Shown here one piece after another: positions 13,181-25,292 of a DNA stretch of 64,000 nt. The stretch is from Takakia lepidozioides (Eukaryota; Plantae; Bryophyta). The translations under genes and the position numbers were made by a program. Location of the stretch: the NCBI GenBank assembly GCA_030704615.1, contig CM060731.1, positions 43,462,001-43,526,000 on the forward strand. The letters run 5' to 3'. How positions within the stretch are numbered: position 1 is the first letter of the stretch; every line of letters starts with the position of its first letter. Under the pieces are notes generated by a model. The model was given only the letters and a program-made list of their open reading frames with translations, was not told the DNA's origin and searched no databases.

Positions 13181-13409
13181 TTCATGAGCATGAGCGGCAT
13201 GAGCGGCATGAGCGGAGTAGTAAGACAATCGGTTTTCATGAGCAGAAGTACAAATTTCGAAAATAAAAAACAATAAAAAAAATAATTTAATGCAATGTGT
13301 CAGGAAAAACAAATATATTATTCGGCCCCTTGCAGGGAAAATTGTAGTTTTGACAGTTGTGCTCATGATATTTCGTCTTCCGTCATGCCAATTCCCAGCG
13401 ACATGTGCA

Positions 13410-13850
13410 AATATGGCGCCGAATTTCGCGGTAATAGGGTCCGTAACCTGAAAAAACGGCGACGTATTTCGCGGTAATAGGTCTCCGTGGCGAAAAATGG
13501 TGCCGAATTCCGCGGCTATAGATCCCCTCATGACAGGTAATTCGGCGCCATTTTTTCCAGTGCATGTTCGGACTTAGCCAGTTTTCGGCCCAAAATAGGG
13601 AAATTCGGCGCCATTTTTCCAGACACTGTACCAATGCATGTTGGGACTTAGCCAGTTTTCGGCCCAAAAAAGAGAAATTCGGCGCCATTTTTCCAGACAC
13701 GGTACCAGTGCATGTTGGGACTTAGCCAGTTTTCGGCCCAAAAAAGAGAAATTCGGCGCCATTTTCCCAGACACAGGTACCAGTGCATGTTGGGACTTAG
13801 CCAGTTTTCGGCCCAAGAAAAGAAATTCGGCGCCATTTTTCCAGAAATGG
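13410..13850. repeat. About 4 x 74-bp tandem repeat containing GAAATTCGGCGCC, plus inverted partial motifs
   Basis: Motif at 13600, 13674, 13748, 13822; inverted copies near 13415 and 13500. Confidence 0.95.
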
Positions 13851-13959
13851 CCCCACAACGGCTTCTGTTCGATCTTAGTTTGAATGGAATATTGCCTCAT
13901 TCCAGGAGTTTTGGGGTGCATTTCATTACACTGCAAAAAAAAGTCTGATACAGCAAAAT

Positions 13960-16900
13960 TCAATTGAAAATATCCATATGGAGGATTCCCTTTGCCCCAT
14001 CAATGATTTCTGAATCCCTAAGGAGGAGTTTGTGCAGCTCGTTCACGCTCAACGCTGGTGCATGAATAAAGTCATCAATAGTCACGTTCATCCTCAACCT
14101 CTTCAGGTAAATGTAATACAGATGCTTGCACGGATAATACTTCGAACCCTTCTTTGCTTCCATCAACGAGAAATCCGTACAATTGCAAGTCGGCTCCACT
14201 CCAATCGTAATTGTGTATACATCGTCGCGTACAGCCGAGCCGGCCGTTGCCATCCGATACACACGCCAAGGCCGGGTGGGGGTACGTCCACGGAGCTCTG
14301 AATAGTGCAAGCCATCCCAAGAGCATTGGCAATCCGAGTCTCATTCAACTTGTTGGGAGGGTGTCGTCTCTTCACTCTTCCGAATCGCATTGTGGGATGT
14401 GAAGAATTGTCCAATCCGTCTCTACTGGACCGAGCAGTTTGCAATGGCTGGGTCTGAGGAACCGGAAATGCGTGGGCCGGGATGTCTGTGCGTTGCACCA
14501 TTCAAAATCCTGCTGCAGATAGAGCATCCGCCTCATTCTGAGAGAGGCTGGAACCCGGTGCAACAGGCCAGACGCCCGGAGGCTCCGGCATTCCCTGAAT
14601 CCCGTACTTGGGCTTGCCAAATACACAGGTCATTATGTCGTGCCTACAGAACCAAAATGTCTGCGTTGTGGCGTGAGCAAATGTGGGAGTCAAAAATCTG
14701 CCGCTGAAACAAGGTACAGGTACAGCACCATGTGGGTTCCTCCGAATCATCTCACCACAGCGTGCTCTCGTATCCACCCGGATGGCACAGCACTTCCCTC
14801 GAATTGACCTCACAATGTCCTCCGTTGTGGCAGTGAGGATGTCCACCAGATGCGCCGCAGAGGAGGCACGCCAGGAAGAGTGCACTGATTCGGCCATGTT
14901 TGTCGTGGGCATGTCGGTGTCGGAGTCGAGACACATTTCCTGCACAAGCACATGTTGAGGTTACAAGCAAGTTACAAATATGGCCAAGAATAATATTCAA
15001 CGGGACGCGAATTCGTGCAACTCGTCGCCGAACTGGAGGAAACGATAATGCCACCATGCTAGCCAACTGACCATTGCTCCCTCGTCTGATTTCCTTACAG
15101 CACCTGACGATGTCCACCAAGCCCGTATACATGCAAACTGTGTCTCTGCATCATCCAAGGTGGGAGCGCGCTTCCACGGAAGGCACATGGAACGGTGCTC
15201 CTCTCTGAAATCTGGCGCCACGAGCCTGGTTGTGTACTGCGAAAGGCTCTGCAGAAAATGGAACCCACAAGATCTCTCCTTGCCTTCCATGGGAACATTG
15301 GGGTCTTGCCCGTACACCCTTCGGATGGCAGCCCAATTTGCTTGTGCGTTGTCCGCCATGAAACCACGGAAATTCGGAGGGGGCAATCCCGCCTTGGCCA
15401 TCTGTTCGTTTATTCCCTGCCAAAGAAGCATCTCCGATTGTGTGTCATCTCCTTTCATCTCACAAATAGCAATTGTCATTAGCATCCTGCAGTGGGTGTC
15501 GTACACATGTGCACCCATTGTCACCCACTGGTGATTTGTAATTCGCTTAATATGGTCGAACATGACCCAACTGTTTGACAAGTCCCCACTCGTCATCCTG
15601 TCGACCAGTTCGATGCCGCTGCCAGGTCCACACGTGGACATTTTGAATACGAAACAACAATCTGCCTCAGTCCCTTGTCCTGGAAACCTACTTCCATGAA
15701 TGTAGTCATATCCACATCGTCGCTTCACCTCCAGAATGGAGTGCATATCCGAGCCACGCCCAATTTTCTGTTTGCATGAGACAATGTGGTTTCGGACATT
15801 CGGTGAACATACGTGGGACACCGACTCCAGCAATGCCTCCATTTCCTTCTCATCGAGAGGAACTCTATCGGAGCCGTCTTCCGACATAATTCTAGCCAAT
15901 GCCATCTTATGGGCGGCTTGGAGCTGTATCTGTTTGGGTTTGGCACCCAGTCTCAACTTAACCTCCTCCTGAACGAGCTGCTCCGCCTCGTGGGCAGCCT
16001 CCCGCGAGTTCCCCCTCGCCAATTTGTGACAAAGGGAACCAACGTGTATGCAAGCTCGGGTGAGGTCAGGGAAACGGTGCAACACATAGAACTGCTTGGC
16101 ATTACAAACAGACATGCAGTGTGGTGGTTCTTTGCAATGCGCACACTTAAATGTGGAGTTCGGAACCTTCTCCTGAGCTCGAAATGGTTGATGAGCTGTG
16201 CCTGTCCAATCGGTCTCGTTCCTGTGACCTCTGGATTTAAAGTGGAAGCAAGTTGGGGAGAAACACCGCAACGCGCCCGCACAAACAACGTAGCGCACCC
16301 GCACACCATCGAGCATCTTCATGCTGGTGGTTTTGGTAACGCACCAAGGATGACCGTCATGTTTTCTATCCATATCTGTCAACATTCCGGACGCCCTCGA
16401 GTAGTCCGCCCGAGGAGAGAGCTCAAAGAAGATATTACCGTCGACGTCGGCGGGAAGGCATGTAACCGATTTAATTACGAACTGCCTGTAGTCCAGCCCG
16501 GCCAGCTCCGACCGGTGTTCCTCCAGGTGAAGCCCTCGCAGAATTTCAAGAATAGATCGAACTGCGGTGCTCGTGCTGGGAATATGACTCCCTCGTCAAC
16601 TGACGTCCATTGAGGACTTGCCTGATCTCCAGGACGACCTCGGAACTTCCATGACCTCATCTGAGTCGGACAGGTTGTGAACAACCCGGTTCTCGCTCGT
16701 CTTCATGGATGGGTTCGGCTCTTGATTTACTTTGTTGCGGACTTCTCTCTTTGAGGTAGCCACTCTCTGATTCGCGGATTGTTTCGTGGAAGGCGGCAGG
16801 ATAGAAGGTGCATTTGGCGGGCAAATGAAGTCCCCAACAGCCCTGTATATGACGCTGTCCGATGGTGGAACTCGCCATTCCCTGCCATCGCCGAAATCAT

Positions 16901-17015
16901 TGTGGAGCACAACAATACTCTCGACAACAAGGCCATTTGAGTCCTTCCTTTCCTCCTCCAAAAAAACCGACCCCGGTTTCAGGTGGTATCGAACGCACAG
17001 ATATTTCTCCATCAC
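13960..17015 (-). pseudogene. GCM/WRKY-type zinc finger + MULE-type DDE domain + SWIM finger; intron-containing, at least one premature stop
   Basis: CAGALRCFSPTC...CAHC...C..CIHVGSLCH; WVMFD, GFMADNA, SCGFHF (CxxH), TTNMAESVH; CNCTDF...PCKH; TGA at 16596-16598 interrupts the frame. Confidence 0.8.
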
Positions 17016-17162
17016 CCGGCAGATGTCCCCTCTGCACGAAAATGAAGCTCTATGCTCGTGAGGAGGGTGGGTCGTGTATATTTTTCATGGCAGAAACACT
17101 AATGTTAGTGTGTGATTAATCTGATTAGGATAACTTTGTCTCTCATCCTTTACATGCAACAG

Positions 17163-18290
17163 CGGGGAAGAGGAAACGGATGTTGCTAATTTTGAGTGTC
17201 AACGGACTCCTCTGCTACCGGCCACCCCCAACCGGCGGTGAACTGTTTAAGGAGAAATTTTGTTTCAGGAATGTGACACTTCAAGTTCCTGACAGACCGT
17301 TTGTGGTGCCTCGGCCTGGAGTCTTGGAGTTTCTGGACCTTGCATTGAAGCATTTTCACGCGGCCATTTGGTCATGTGCTGATAAAGGTGTTCTTTGTAG
17401 GATGTTGGAGAGCTTCGTCCCCCAGAAGAAGTTTTGCTTCATATGGTCTGCTGAGGATTGTAAGGATACCACTGGTTATATCAGGTCCGGGATGAAATAT
17501 CTCATGAAGGATATTCGAAGTGTTATTGTCAGGTACCCTGGTAGACCATTTGCTACGCAGGGGCAAATACTTATTATAGATGACGAGCCATCAAAAGGCC
17601 TGCGAAACCCACAAAATACTGGATTTTTCTCTTTCTCATTCAAGCCTTCACCAAACGGATTGCATGACCGGGATGATATTACAAAAGCAGTGTGGCCATA
17701 TATATCGGAGATGGCTGGAGCTTCAACAGTCGTTGATTACATTAGCGATAACCGGGCAAAATGTTCTCATAAGCCTATTGGTCGAGACCATGCCTGCTGG
17801 GCCTGGTATGGAAGATATCTTGATCCTCATATTTGGATCCCACAACAAAAGGAACCTGATTACCTTGGTAGGCACGTGGATCCCACAGTTCTGTTGTTTG
17901 TTCATAATTTGATTTTCCAATTCTTTTGCAGCTGCATTTGCACTTTTATCTCAACATATCCATATGCAAAACTTCCACTTTGGGCCTAACATTTGTCATT
18001 TCCATCGCTTGTCCCCAGTTACATTCAAGGAACGAATTCTAAAAGAGGAACAAGAGCTGCGTGATTGGGAAGAATGGCGGGCGTGCCGGGAGGCTTCAAG
18101 GGCATCAAATAGAGTTGGCAGTAACATTTCAGATGACAATGTCAGCCGGTTTCACCTTCTTGAAAGTATCTCCGTGTCCTCTGGAGCGGAGACCGTTGCA
18201 AGTGGCTATGGTAACCGGAGGCGTCTTCGGACACATGCCTTGACTACAAGCCGTTTGGGAGGAGGCTCAGTATTATTAATGAGTTAGTAT
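17163..18290 (+). CDS. FCP1-homology/NIF (HAD-like) phosphatase-domain protein, catalytic Asp motif degenerate
   Basis: LLILSVNGLL, RPGVLEFL..HFHAAIWS, FCFIWSAEDC, KDI, ILIIDDEPSKGLRNP; probable intron about 17867-18018; first exon not located. Confidence 0.75.
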
Positions 18291-18879
18291 AAGCCGTAAC
18301 GGTTCTATGGCTTTAGAATCTATGGCTTGTATGGCATTAAGTCCATGAACGGATGGATAGTTGACGTTCATTTTTCTGTTGGTCCATCGCCTTGAATGAT
18401 ATAATCTCAAATAAAATATGAATGTTTCATATCATCAATCAGATCCCGACAGACTCATTTTTCCATGTTGTCCTGTTCATCACATGCCATCATTGTTTAA
18501 TATTTGGTTCTGCCATTATTCCATGTTTGTTTGTGTATGTCATTGTGGATATCGGAGCTCTCATCATTGCATCCCCCCATTCTTTTTAATGAACGTCAAC
18601 TTGGCAGTGGATGTTCATCTAAGACCACAATACATACTTGTATTTTTGCGTAGAATGTGTGGAGGATTACATAATTTGTTGTTATATAGTGCACAAATAG
18701 TCAAATAATTATAGATATATCTCTTTATTTCTATTATAGATTATAATTATTCATATATCTTGTATTATTTCTGGACCAAACAAAAGTCCAGAATTAGTTA
18801 AAATAGAGTTATGGGAGGCCGTCCGTCATCATGACATGAATCATGCGATTCATGTGTTACGGCTGGGGGCCGAGGAGGC

Positions 18880-18955
18880 GAGGGAGGGCGGGCGGGCGGG
18901 CGGGCAGGGGGGGGGGGGGGGGGGGGGGGGGTGTGTGTGTGTGTGTGTGTGTGGG
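18880..18955. repeat. (GGGC)n, poly-G and (GT)n tract
   Basis: Directly visible. Confidence 0.9.
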
Positions 18956-19085
18956 GCGAGGAGGTCCTGGGCCGCGGCGACCGCGAGCCGCGCAGGAGCC
19001 GGCGAAGCGGGTGCGTCTGGGGTGAGGGGGTGCCACGCAGGCAAGACCCTTGGGCTCGCATTAAACTCCAGGGCCTTTTCTAATG

Positions 19086-19900
19086 TGCGCCATTTTCACA
19101 TGAGGAAAGACGATGAGTACTCTAGCATACAACTATGCTAACTATATAGAAACAGAGACAAAGACAGGTTTATGGAGAGACACACTTTATTCCAGAGAGA
19201 GATTGAAAGAGCTTAATTCAATGGCCTGAAGTGCCTACTTAAATACACAAACCTCAACTTTAGATATTTCTATTTGAAGTCCTAGTGCTATTCCTATCTG
19301 CACTCCTTTGCCTTTTCTCTGTCTGTCATGACATGAATAACAAAAGCATCTAACAATATCCAACTTGCTATTCAGGGAGCATCAGTAACACTGAAGTGAA
19401 CAAACTTTCTAACACTCCCACTTTGTGAATCTTCATTGTTCACATAATCCTAGCTGCATTCTGCATTGTTCCAACTTCGGTCTTGGAACACCTTGGTTAT
19501 CGCTCTTGATCGGGGTTGCCTACTCTTGGATGAAGTTCAGCTCATTCAAGAGCGTTCGCAACCACATCGCCTCCTTTGCAGCTTGGGCAGCTGCCATGTA
19601 TTCAACCTATGTAGTAGACACAACAACTGTAGGTTGCTTTTTACTATTCCAGCTGATTGCGCCACTGCCCAAAGTAAAGGCATAACCCGTGGTGGACTTC
19701 CTACTATCCAAGTCCCCACCCCAATCTGAATCATAACTGCCTTCCAAAGCATCATTTACTCCAGCCTTAAACTGCAAACCATCTGTCGAGTCCCCTTCAA
19801 ATACCTGAAGATTCTCTTGACTGCTTTCCAATGAGCAATCCCCGGATTTGCCATAAACTGACTCACCATTCCAACTGCAACTGCTATATCTAACCTGTCT
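19086..19900 (-). mobile_element. Copia 3' fragment (RT end, RNase H, PPT, partial LTR)
   Basis: [25 protein letters not shown]; [17 protein letters not shown]; minus-strand AAAGTGGGAG then TGTT at 19414. Confidence 0.85.
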
Positions 19901-20367
19901 ACTCCGGTCGAATAAGCTTCGAGAGAAAGGGTTACAGGCGGAGAGCTAATGCCTTTTGCTATGATTTTGTAAGTGGTGTTGAGAAGCGTGATAGGTTTGT
20001 AGTTAGCTAGCTTATCCGTGACACCTTTCTTGAATATGAGGGTGATTGCTCCTTGAGAGATTTGCGATGGCATAATCCCTTTAGCTAGGACATCTTCTGC
20101 CATTGCAAGGAAATCTTCCCCAATTTCTGACCACATCAACCTGAATACCTCAACGGGCAAGCCATCAAGCCCGGGAGATTTGTTTGATTTCAGCGATTCC
20201 GTTGCCTCTAGGAGCTCGTTGCTGGAGAAAGGTGCGGATAAGTGTGCTTGCTCATCTTCAGAGAGGATCGTTGGAACCGCCTGCAGCACAGAGGATCTTT
20301 CCACGGAAGTATGTAGAGGTCTGGATCCAAAGAGAGAAGCAAAGTGATGACCTGCCACTTTTGCCAT
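19900..20367 (-). mobile_element. L1/Tx1-type LINE RT fragment
   Basis: KSPGLDGLPVEVF...ITLIFKKG...NYKPITLLNTTYKIIAK. Confidence 0.85.
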
Positions 20368-20369
20368 AA

Positions 20370-20830
20370 GCCTAGGATTTCCCGTTCCAAAAACTGGAAA
20401 TTTGGCCTAGGAATTTTAGGAGGGAAGTTCATATCTAGGGACTTGAATGCAAAAAGGGAAGTTAATGTATTTGAGGGAAATGATATCCTAAAATGCATAG
20501 GGAAATAAAGAGAGAATTTTGTTCTATGAATTTTAGGAGAGAAATTCATATCTAGGGACTTGAATGCAAAGGGGGAAGTTAATGTATTTGAGGGGAAAAT
20601 TTGATATCCTAAAATGCATAGGGAAATAAAGAGGGAATTTGGTTCTATGAATTTAGGAGGGAAATTCATAATATCCTAGGGACTTGAATGCAAAGGGAAT
20701 AACTAGGGAAGTTCATATATTTCCAAGGGACTTCGAAGAGGGAAATTATATCCTGAAATGCATAGGGAAATAAAGAGGGAATTGATGTGGTAGGAATTTC
20801 AAGGAGGGAAGTTCATACCCTAGGGACTTT
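20370..20830. repeat. About 120-bp tandem repeat, 3.5-4 copies
   Basis: Recurring ctagggacttgaatgcaaa and atcctaaaatgcatagggaaa. Confidence 0.85.
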
Positions 20831-22634
20831 AACCCTTAAACGACCACGTGACCTGAATCAAGTCGCATGGTTTTAAAAATTAACGTCGTAACTGATGTGG
20901 ATGAAGCTGGATGAACATGCATTCTGAATGAAAAATTTAGGCGCCCTTGTCTTGTACCTGCTCCAACAAATGCCACAAGAAAACCATAAATGCCCTGCAA
21001 GGTACGATTTTTTAAGTGAGGGCTACCAAATTTGGGTGATGTCCAAGCATGTTGACCACATACGTGGCAGGCTGGAAGGTGTTTCAAAAAATGTCCATCC
21101 AACCTAGAAATTTGCTCTTTATCAGAATTTGTTTTGACAGTGTACTTTACATTGGGGCAAAGCATAGACTGAAATTTGGATTCCAAGAAAAAATTCTAGA
21201 CATTTTTAGGAGCCTTAGTTCACTACAGCAAATTGGGGAAATTTACCCCCCAAAATTCACATACAAAGTAGCCCATTGATTTTTTTGGAATTTGGGTCTC
21301 ACTTTTTGAGAGGGCACTTGTATGCGCACCAGATTACAAATATGGTGGGCATTCTGGAGGGAAGATTCAACCCGATAGAGCAAATGTCTGGTCAAACCAA
21401 AGTTACCCTTTTGGGGAGTGAGCTTGTAAAAGTCATGTTTTCTTTTGCTATAATCTGCATACAACGGTCAAATGGGCTGAAACTTTATGAGTAGATGGAT
21501 GTGGTAGTTACATAGGGATTTATAAGGTTCAAATTTGTGGATGATTGTAGCTAAGGAGTTACAACCTTGGAAAAAAAAGAATATATGTGAAGGATTATGA
21601 GAGATTATTTTTTATGAGTTGTTCCCCCGATGTTCCTAAGTGGTGGTTGATAGAACCAATATGGGAACAATTGCTTCGAGCATTGTGATATCATTACTTT
21701 TTTTTACTACTTTTCTATTAGGCCTCTCCCATGTTTTCCCAGAGGAATTATAAAATCCCATTGTTGTATGTTAAAATCCCTTGCAAAAATGCACATTAAC
21801 ATGATATTTTCAAAATTTCCTCACAAGAATTGGTACATTCCCATTCCTTAGTGAGAATCACGGTTGAAAGGATAATTTTCCATGTAGAGTTAATCTTTCC
21901 TGGGAGAGACGGTGATTTCTCTTGTATACTACCATACTTACCTAGTTTACTAAGAAATAATTAATTCAAAAAATGTGAAGTTAACATGAATAGCTCACTT
22001 TTATCTCAATGGCAACCTTCCAGACAATTACCTTTGGTAATATGGACTCTCCTCACCCCTTGCAAATGATGGCTGATTGAACACAAGAAGCACTCAATTC
22101 CATTCCTAAAATTCTTGTCATTCAAACTCTCCCTGCTCCTCCCTCATTATAAGCAGGACTTTTCACAAACCTTTGGATTGATACAGGAGCTGCTTGTGAC
22201 CACATTGTTTGCCTAATTAAATTTAGAACATTTTGGAAAATGTGCCTAAAACTTGGAAAATTTCCTTAGAAGTGCCTAATTGCTCGAAATTTGTGAAAAA
22301 AGACCAAAATGTCCAAATATGTAGAGAAAAATGCCTAAATTATACTATTTAAAGTCCAAAAAATGGTAAATGCCTACAATTTAAAATTTCATGTCCACAC
22401 AACTTCCATAGGGTCTTGCATTGATGCAACTACATCCTCATAAGTCTCATCACCTATCTCATGTGAATCTTGTGAATCTGAGATAATGTTAAGGTCAGAA
22501 ACATCATCATCCTCGATATGCATGTGTGCAAGACATCGGCTCATGCTCTCAATGACACTTCCATCAAGGTAGACATCTGGAACATCCTCCATGACAAGAT
22601 CTCCTAAGGTTTAGGGTTTAATACACTCAGCCTT

Positions 22635-22900
22635 CACTACAACTATTCTTTTATCACATATCAAAAATTATGTTTAAAAAAAAAATTACAACAAGGTCAA
22701 AAACAATTGTTGAGCTCCAAACTATTAATATGTCCGACCGCTAAAAACTGGCAATCGTACTAATCTTTAAAAAATTAAATTACAGACAATCGTCGAATTT
22801 AGGCGGTCACACTTATTTTCAAAAATATTTAAACGTAACCACCAAATCTGGACGGTCGCAAAGAACGTACGACCGCCGAATTTTGGCAGCCGTACATATT
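22635..22900 (+). mobile_element. CACTA left-end remnant
   Basis: CACTACAA at 22635 followed by inverted CGACCGCC/GGCGGTC subterminal-type motifs; no right end found. Confidence 0.45.
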
Positions 22901-23156
22901 TTTCTGGTTCTCCTAGACTTCGTTCCTAGTTCTGCTTTCTGCTACTCCACATTTCGTCTTTTTGTAGACCTTGAGTTCGGAGCAGTGTCTTGTTTATCTG
23001 TCTTCATGGCCATTGTAAGGTTATTTTTTCCTTATTAAAAAAAAATATTCATTCTAGTGAGTGCATTGTACGGCGTGCTATGCAGAGATCATACATGCAT
23101 TGGCGATTACATATTATATTTTTATCATTTTTTATCCTTAGGCAGGTAGTTTAGTC

Positions 23157-23516
23157 CAGTGTTGGGCGGACATAGAGTCATCAAGATATCAACAACAAGA
23201 TATCAAGGTATCCGTACCCGGAACCGATACTTTTTAGTATCCGGGTTAAATGCCTAACCGGCAGATATAAAAATACAAAAAAAATTATATACCCGGTGTA
23301 ATACCCGGTGTAATACCCGTTAATACCTGACAGATTTCAGCCCTAAACGTAATAACCTGATGCATACCCGGATCCGTTGTTTGTCATGTTGGTCGATGGA
23401 TTTTTTTTATTTTTTTATTTTTTATTTTTTTTCTTTGGACGGATTTCTAAAACCAAAAGTTTTTAATACCCGGAACCGGCGGATATTAAAAAAAGATTTT
23501 GATCCACCCAACACTG
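23157..23516. mobile_element. hAT-type MITE
   Basis: TIR CAGTGTTGGG...CCCAACACTG; degenerate 8-bp TSD gtttagtc/gtgtagac; internal TACCCGG repeats. Confidence 0.8.
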
Positions 23517-24194
23517 GTGTAGACATTGCATTGCTAAAATTGGGCAAGTACTGAGTTATTCAAAAATTACTGGCAAAGCACTTAAGATGTTTTTAGCTAA
23601 ATAGAAAGTGTCAGATTCATGAAGAAGAATGTAGCATCAAGATGATTGTAGGAAGCTACAAAGACTATTTTAGGCTGCCAATTCGGTACTGTAATTAACA
23701 ATAACTTGGGCCTATCTCACCATGCGGGATGATAGTTTATTTGTGAATTGTACTACGTCTGTTCTTTTTTTTCTCTTGTTTAGATAATTAATTTTTGTAG
23801 AGCGATGATATATTGCAGTTTTTCTATTGACTCGACGGTAATTCAATGTGACTTCGGAGTGAGGCAGTAGCTAAACTGACAATGCAAATTAGTTTGGAGT
23901 TGACTTATAGGATCACTAATACACTAACAAGGTCAAAAGACCCACAAAGACCCTACCATCAAGATTTTTTTTCCTAGTGAAACAACAAATTTTCGATACA
24001 ACACTTCAAAGCAGATCGGTGGTTTGAAAATGTTATTGAATTTTGATGGCCCATATAAATTTTTGGGGATGTCAAAGATACCTCACAACTTTTTGACCAA
24101 GTTTAGGGATTTTTGGTTAAGGTTTGGTGCAACACCAATTTTCTAAGCATACGGTAGTTGCCGTTTAAATGGTTTTGTAATTTTCTGATTGGGC

Positions 24195-24300
24195 CACAAA
24201 GGTAAGTCACTTTATCAAAGTTCGCTCCCACACCGGTATCAGCGGCAACGATATGGCAAACCTCCTTGCCCAAGCGGGTGCATCCAATCCTACGAGCTAG
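24195..24300 (+). pseudogene. RNase H C-terminal fragment, probably from a retroelement
   Basis: FIKVRS-HTGISGNDMANLLAQAGA with a frameshift. Confidence 0.55.
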
Positions 24301-25292
24301 GCGGAAGAGAAAGAATACATGTCCCTCTACATTTTGGATGAAAAAATGTTTATCAGTTTACTTTTTCGCCAGGCATCAACCCGGGTCTTTCCTAACCTAA
24401 CCTACTGTTCTCTGTTACCCGTAAACATTTGTACTACCCTACCAAAAGGTTCTCGAGTTCCCTGGCGGTCCCCCAAACCCTAACAGGCGGCGGTTAGGGT
24501 TCTCCTTTCCCCGCCCCCTACCAGAGCTCAACCCGTCGCTGCAGGTCTGTTCGGGTATCATGTTAAGATGCACATATAGAATGGATGCAGGGTTTCATGT
24601 GTTTATGAGCGCCTCTTTATGATCTTCATTTGTGAGACACTATGGATGCAATTGATTCAGTGTATAATTGTATGGGGGTTGGTATCCTATGAGATGAGCA
24701 GGTTTCCTCGTGGTTTTCTTGAATATTCAAATGGCTATTTGAATAGTTCAGATGGCCATTTCAATATTGAATTTGAATTTGAATTCCAGTACCATTTTAT
24801 TATTTTTTGATACCATATCCGAGTTCATATTTCTAGGTTATTGACATTCAGATACCATTGCTCATATCCGGATTGATTTTTTTCAAAAATCACTCTATGC
24901 ATACCAGATTCATACTTTAAAAAATCAGGGGCTGCATTATTGGAAAACCTACCTGCCTTAAAAAAAATCAGCACGGCATACCAGGACCCTTCTGGTATTT
25001 CCAATTCAAGATAGCAGACCAACACTGGTATACATCTTCAGATGGGAGCCCATCACTAGACCTTGGTGAGTGGTTGGTTGTAGTGTTTGTGATTGTGGTT
25101 TCTTCATTATGACTGGAGAAAGTTGAGCCCCATCTTGAACCAATTTAAGGAAAAATCCAGGATTTAATTTTTGGGATGAATGCCCATGTTGAAACGTACA
25201 GTAATGAGTTTCGTCAAGCAGGATGAAATCTCTGCGTGCTTGCATAGGGCGGGCAGGGTGTCGACTTCTGCATGTGAGAGAGCAGGCGGGAG

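Larger units (their letters stand above)
1..19085. mobile_element. Putative giant CACTA-like DNA transposon region with cargo genes (left end outside window; may be two joined relatives)
   Basis: Ends in ...GGGCCTTTTCTAATG at 19085, whose reverse complement CATTAGAAAAGGCCC is one transition from CACTAGAAAA, and abuts unrelated Copia LTR-like sequence. Both internal arrays share the GAAATT/CCGGCGCC motif. SWIM homolog in the CACTA-ended element at 49-52 kb. Confidence 0.45.

Noticed and set aside
20829-20870. piggyBac-like end TTAA-CCCTTAAACG
   Set aside because: No matching opposite end or transposase found
21850-22600. Possible decayed transposase remnants
   Set aside because: No diagnostic motif recognised
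24476-24501. Telomere-like AAACCCTAA...TTAGGGTT hairpin
   Set aside because: Single short occurrence; telo-box-like motifs are common
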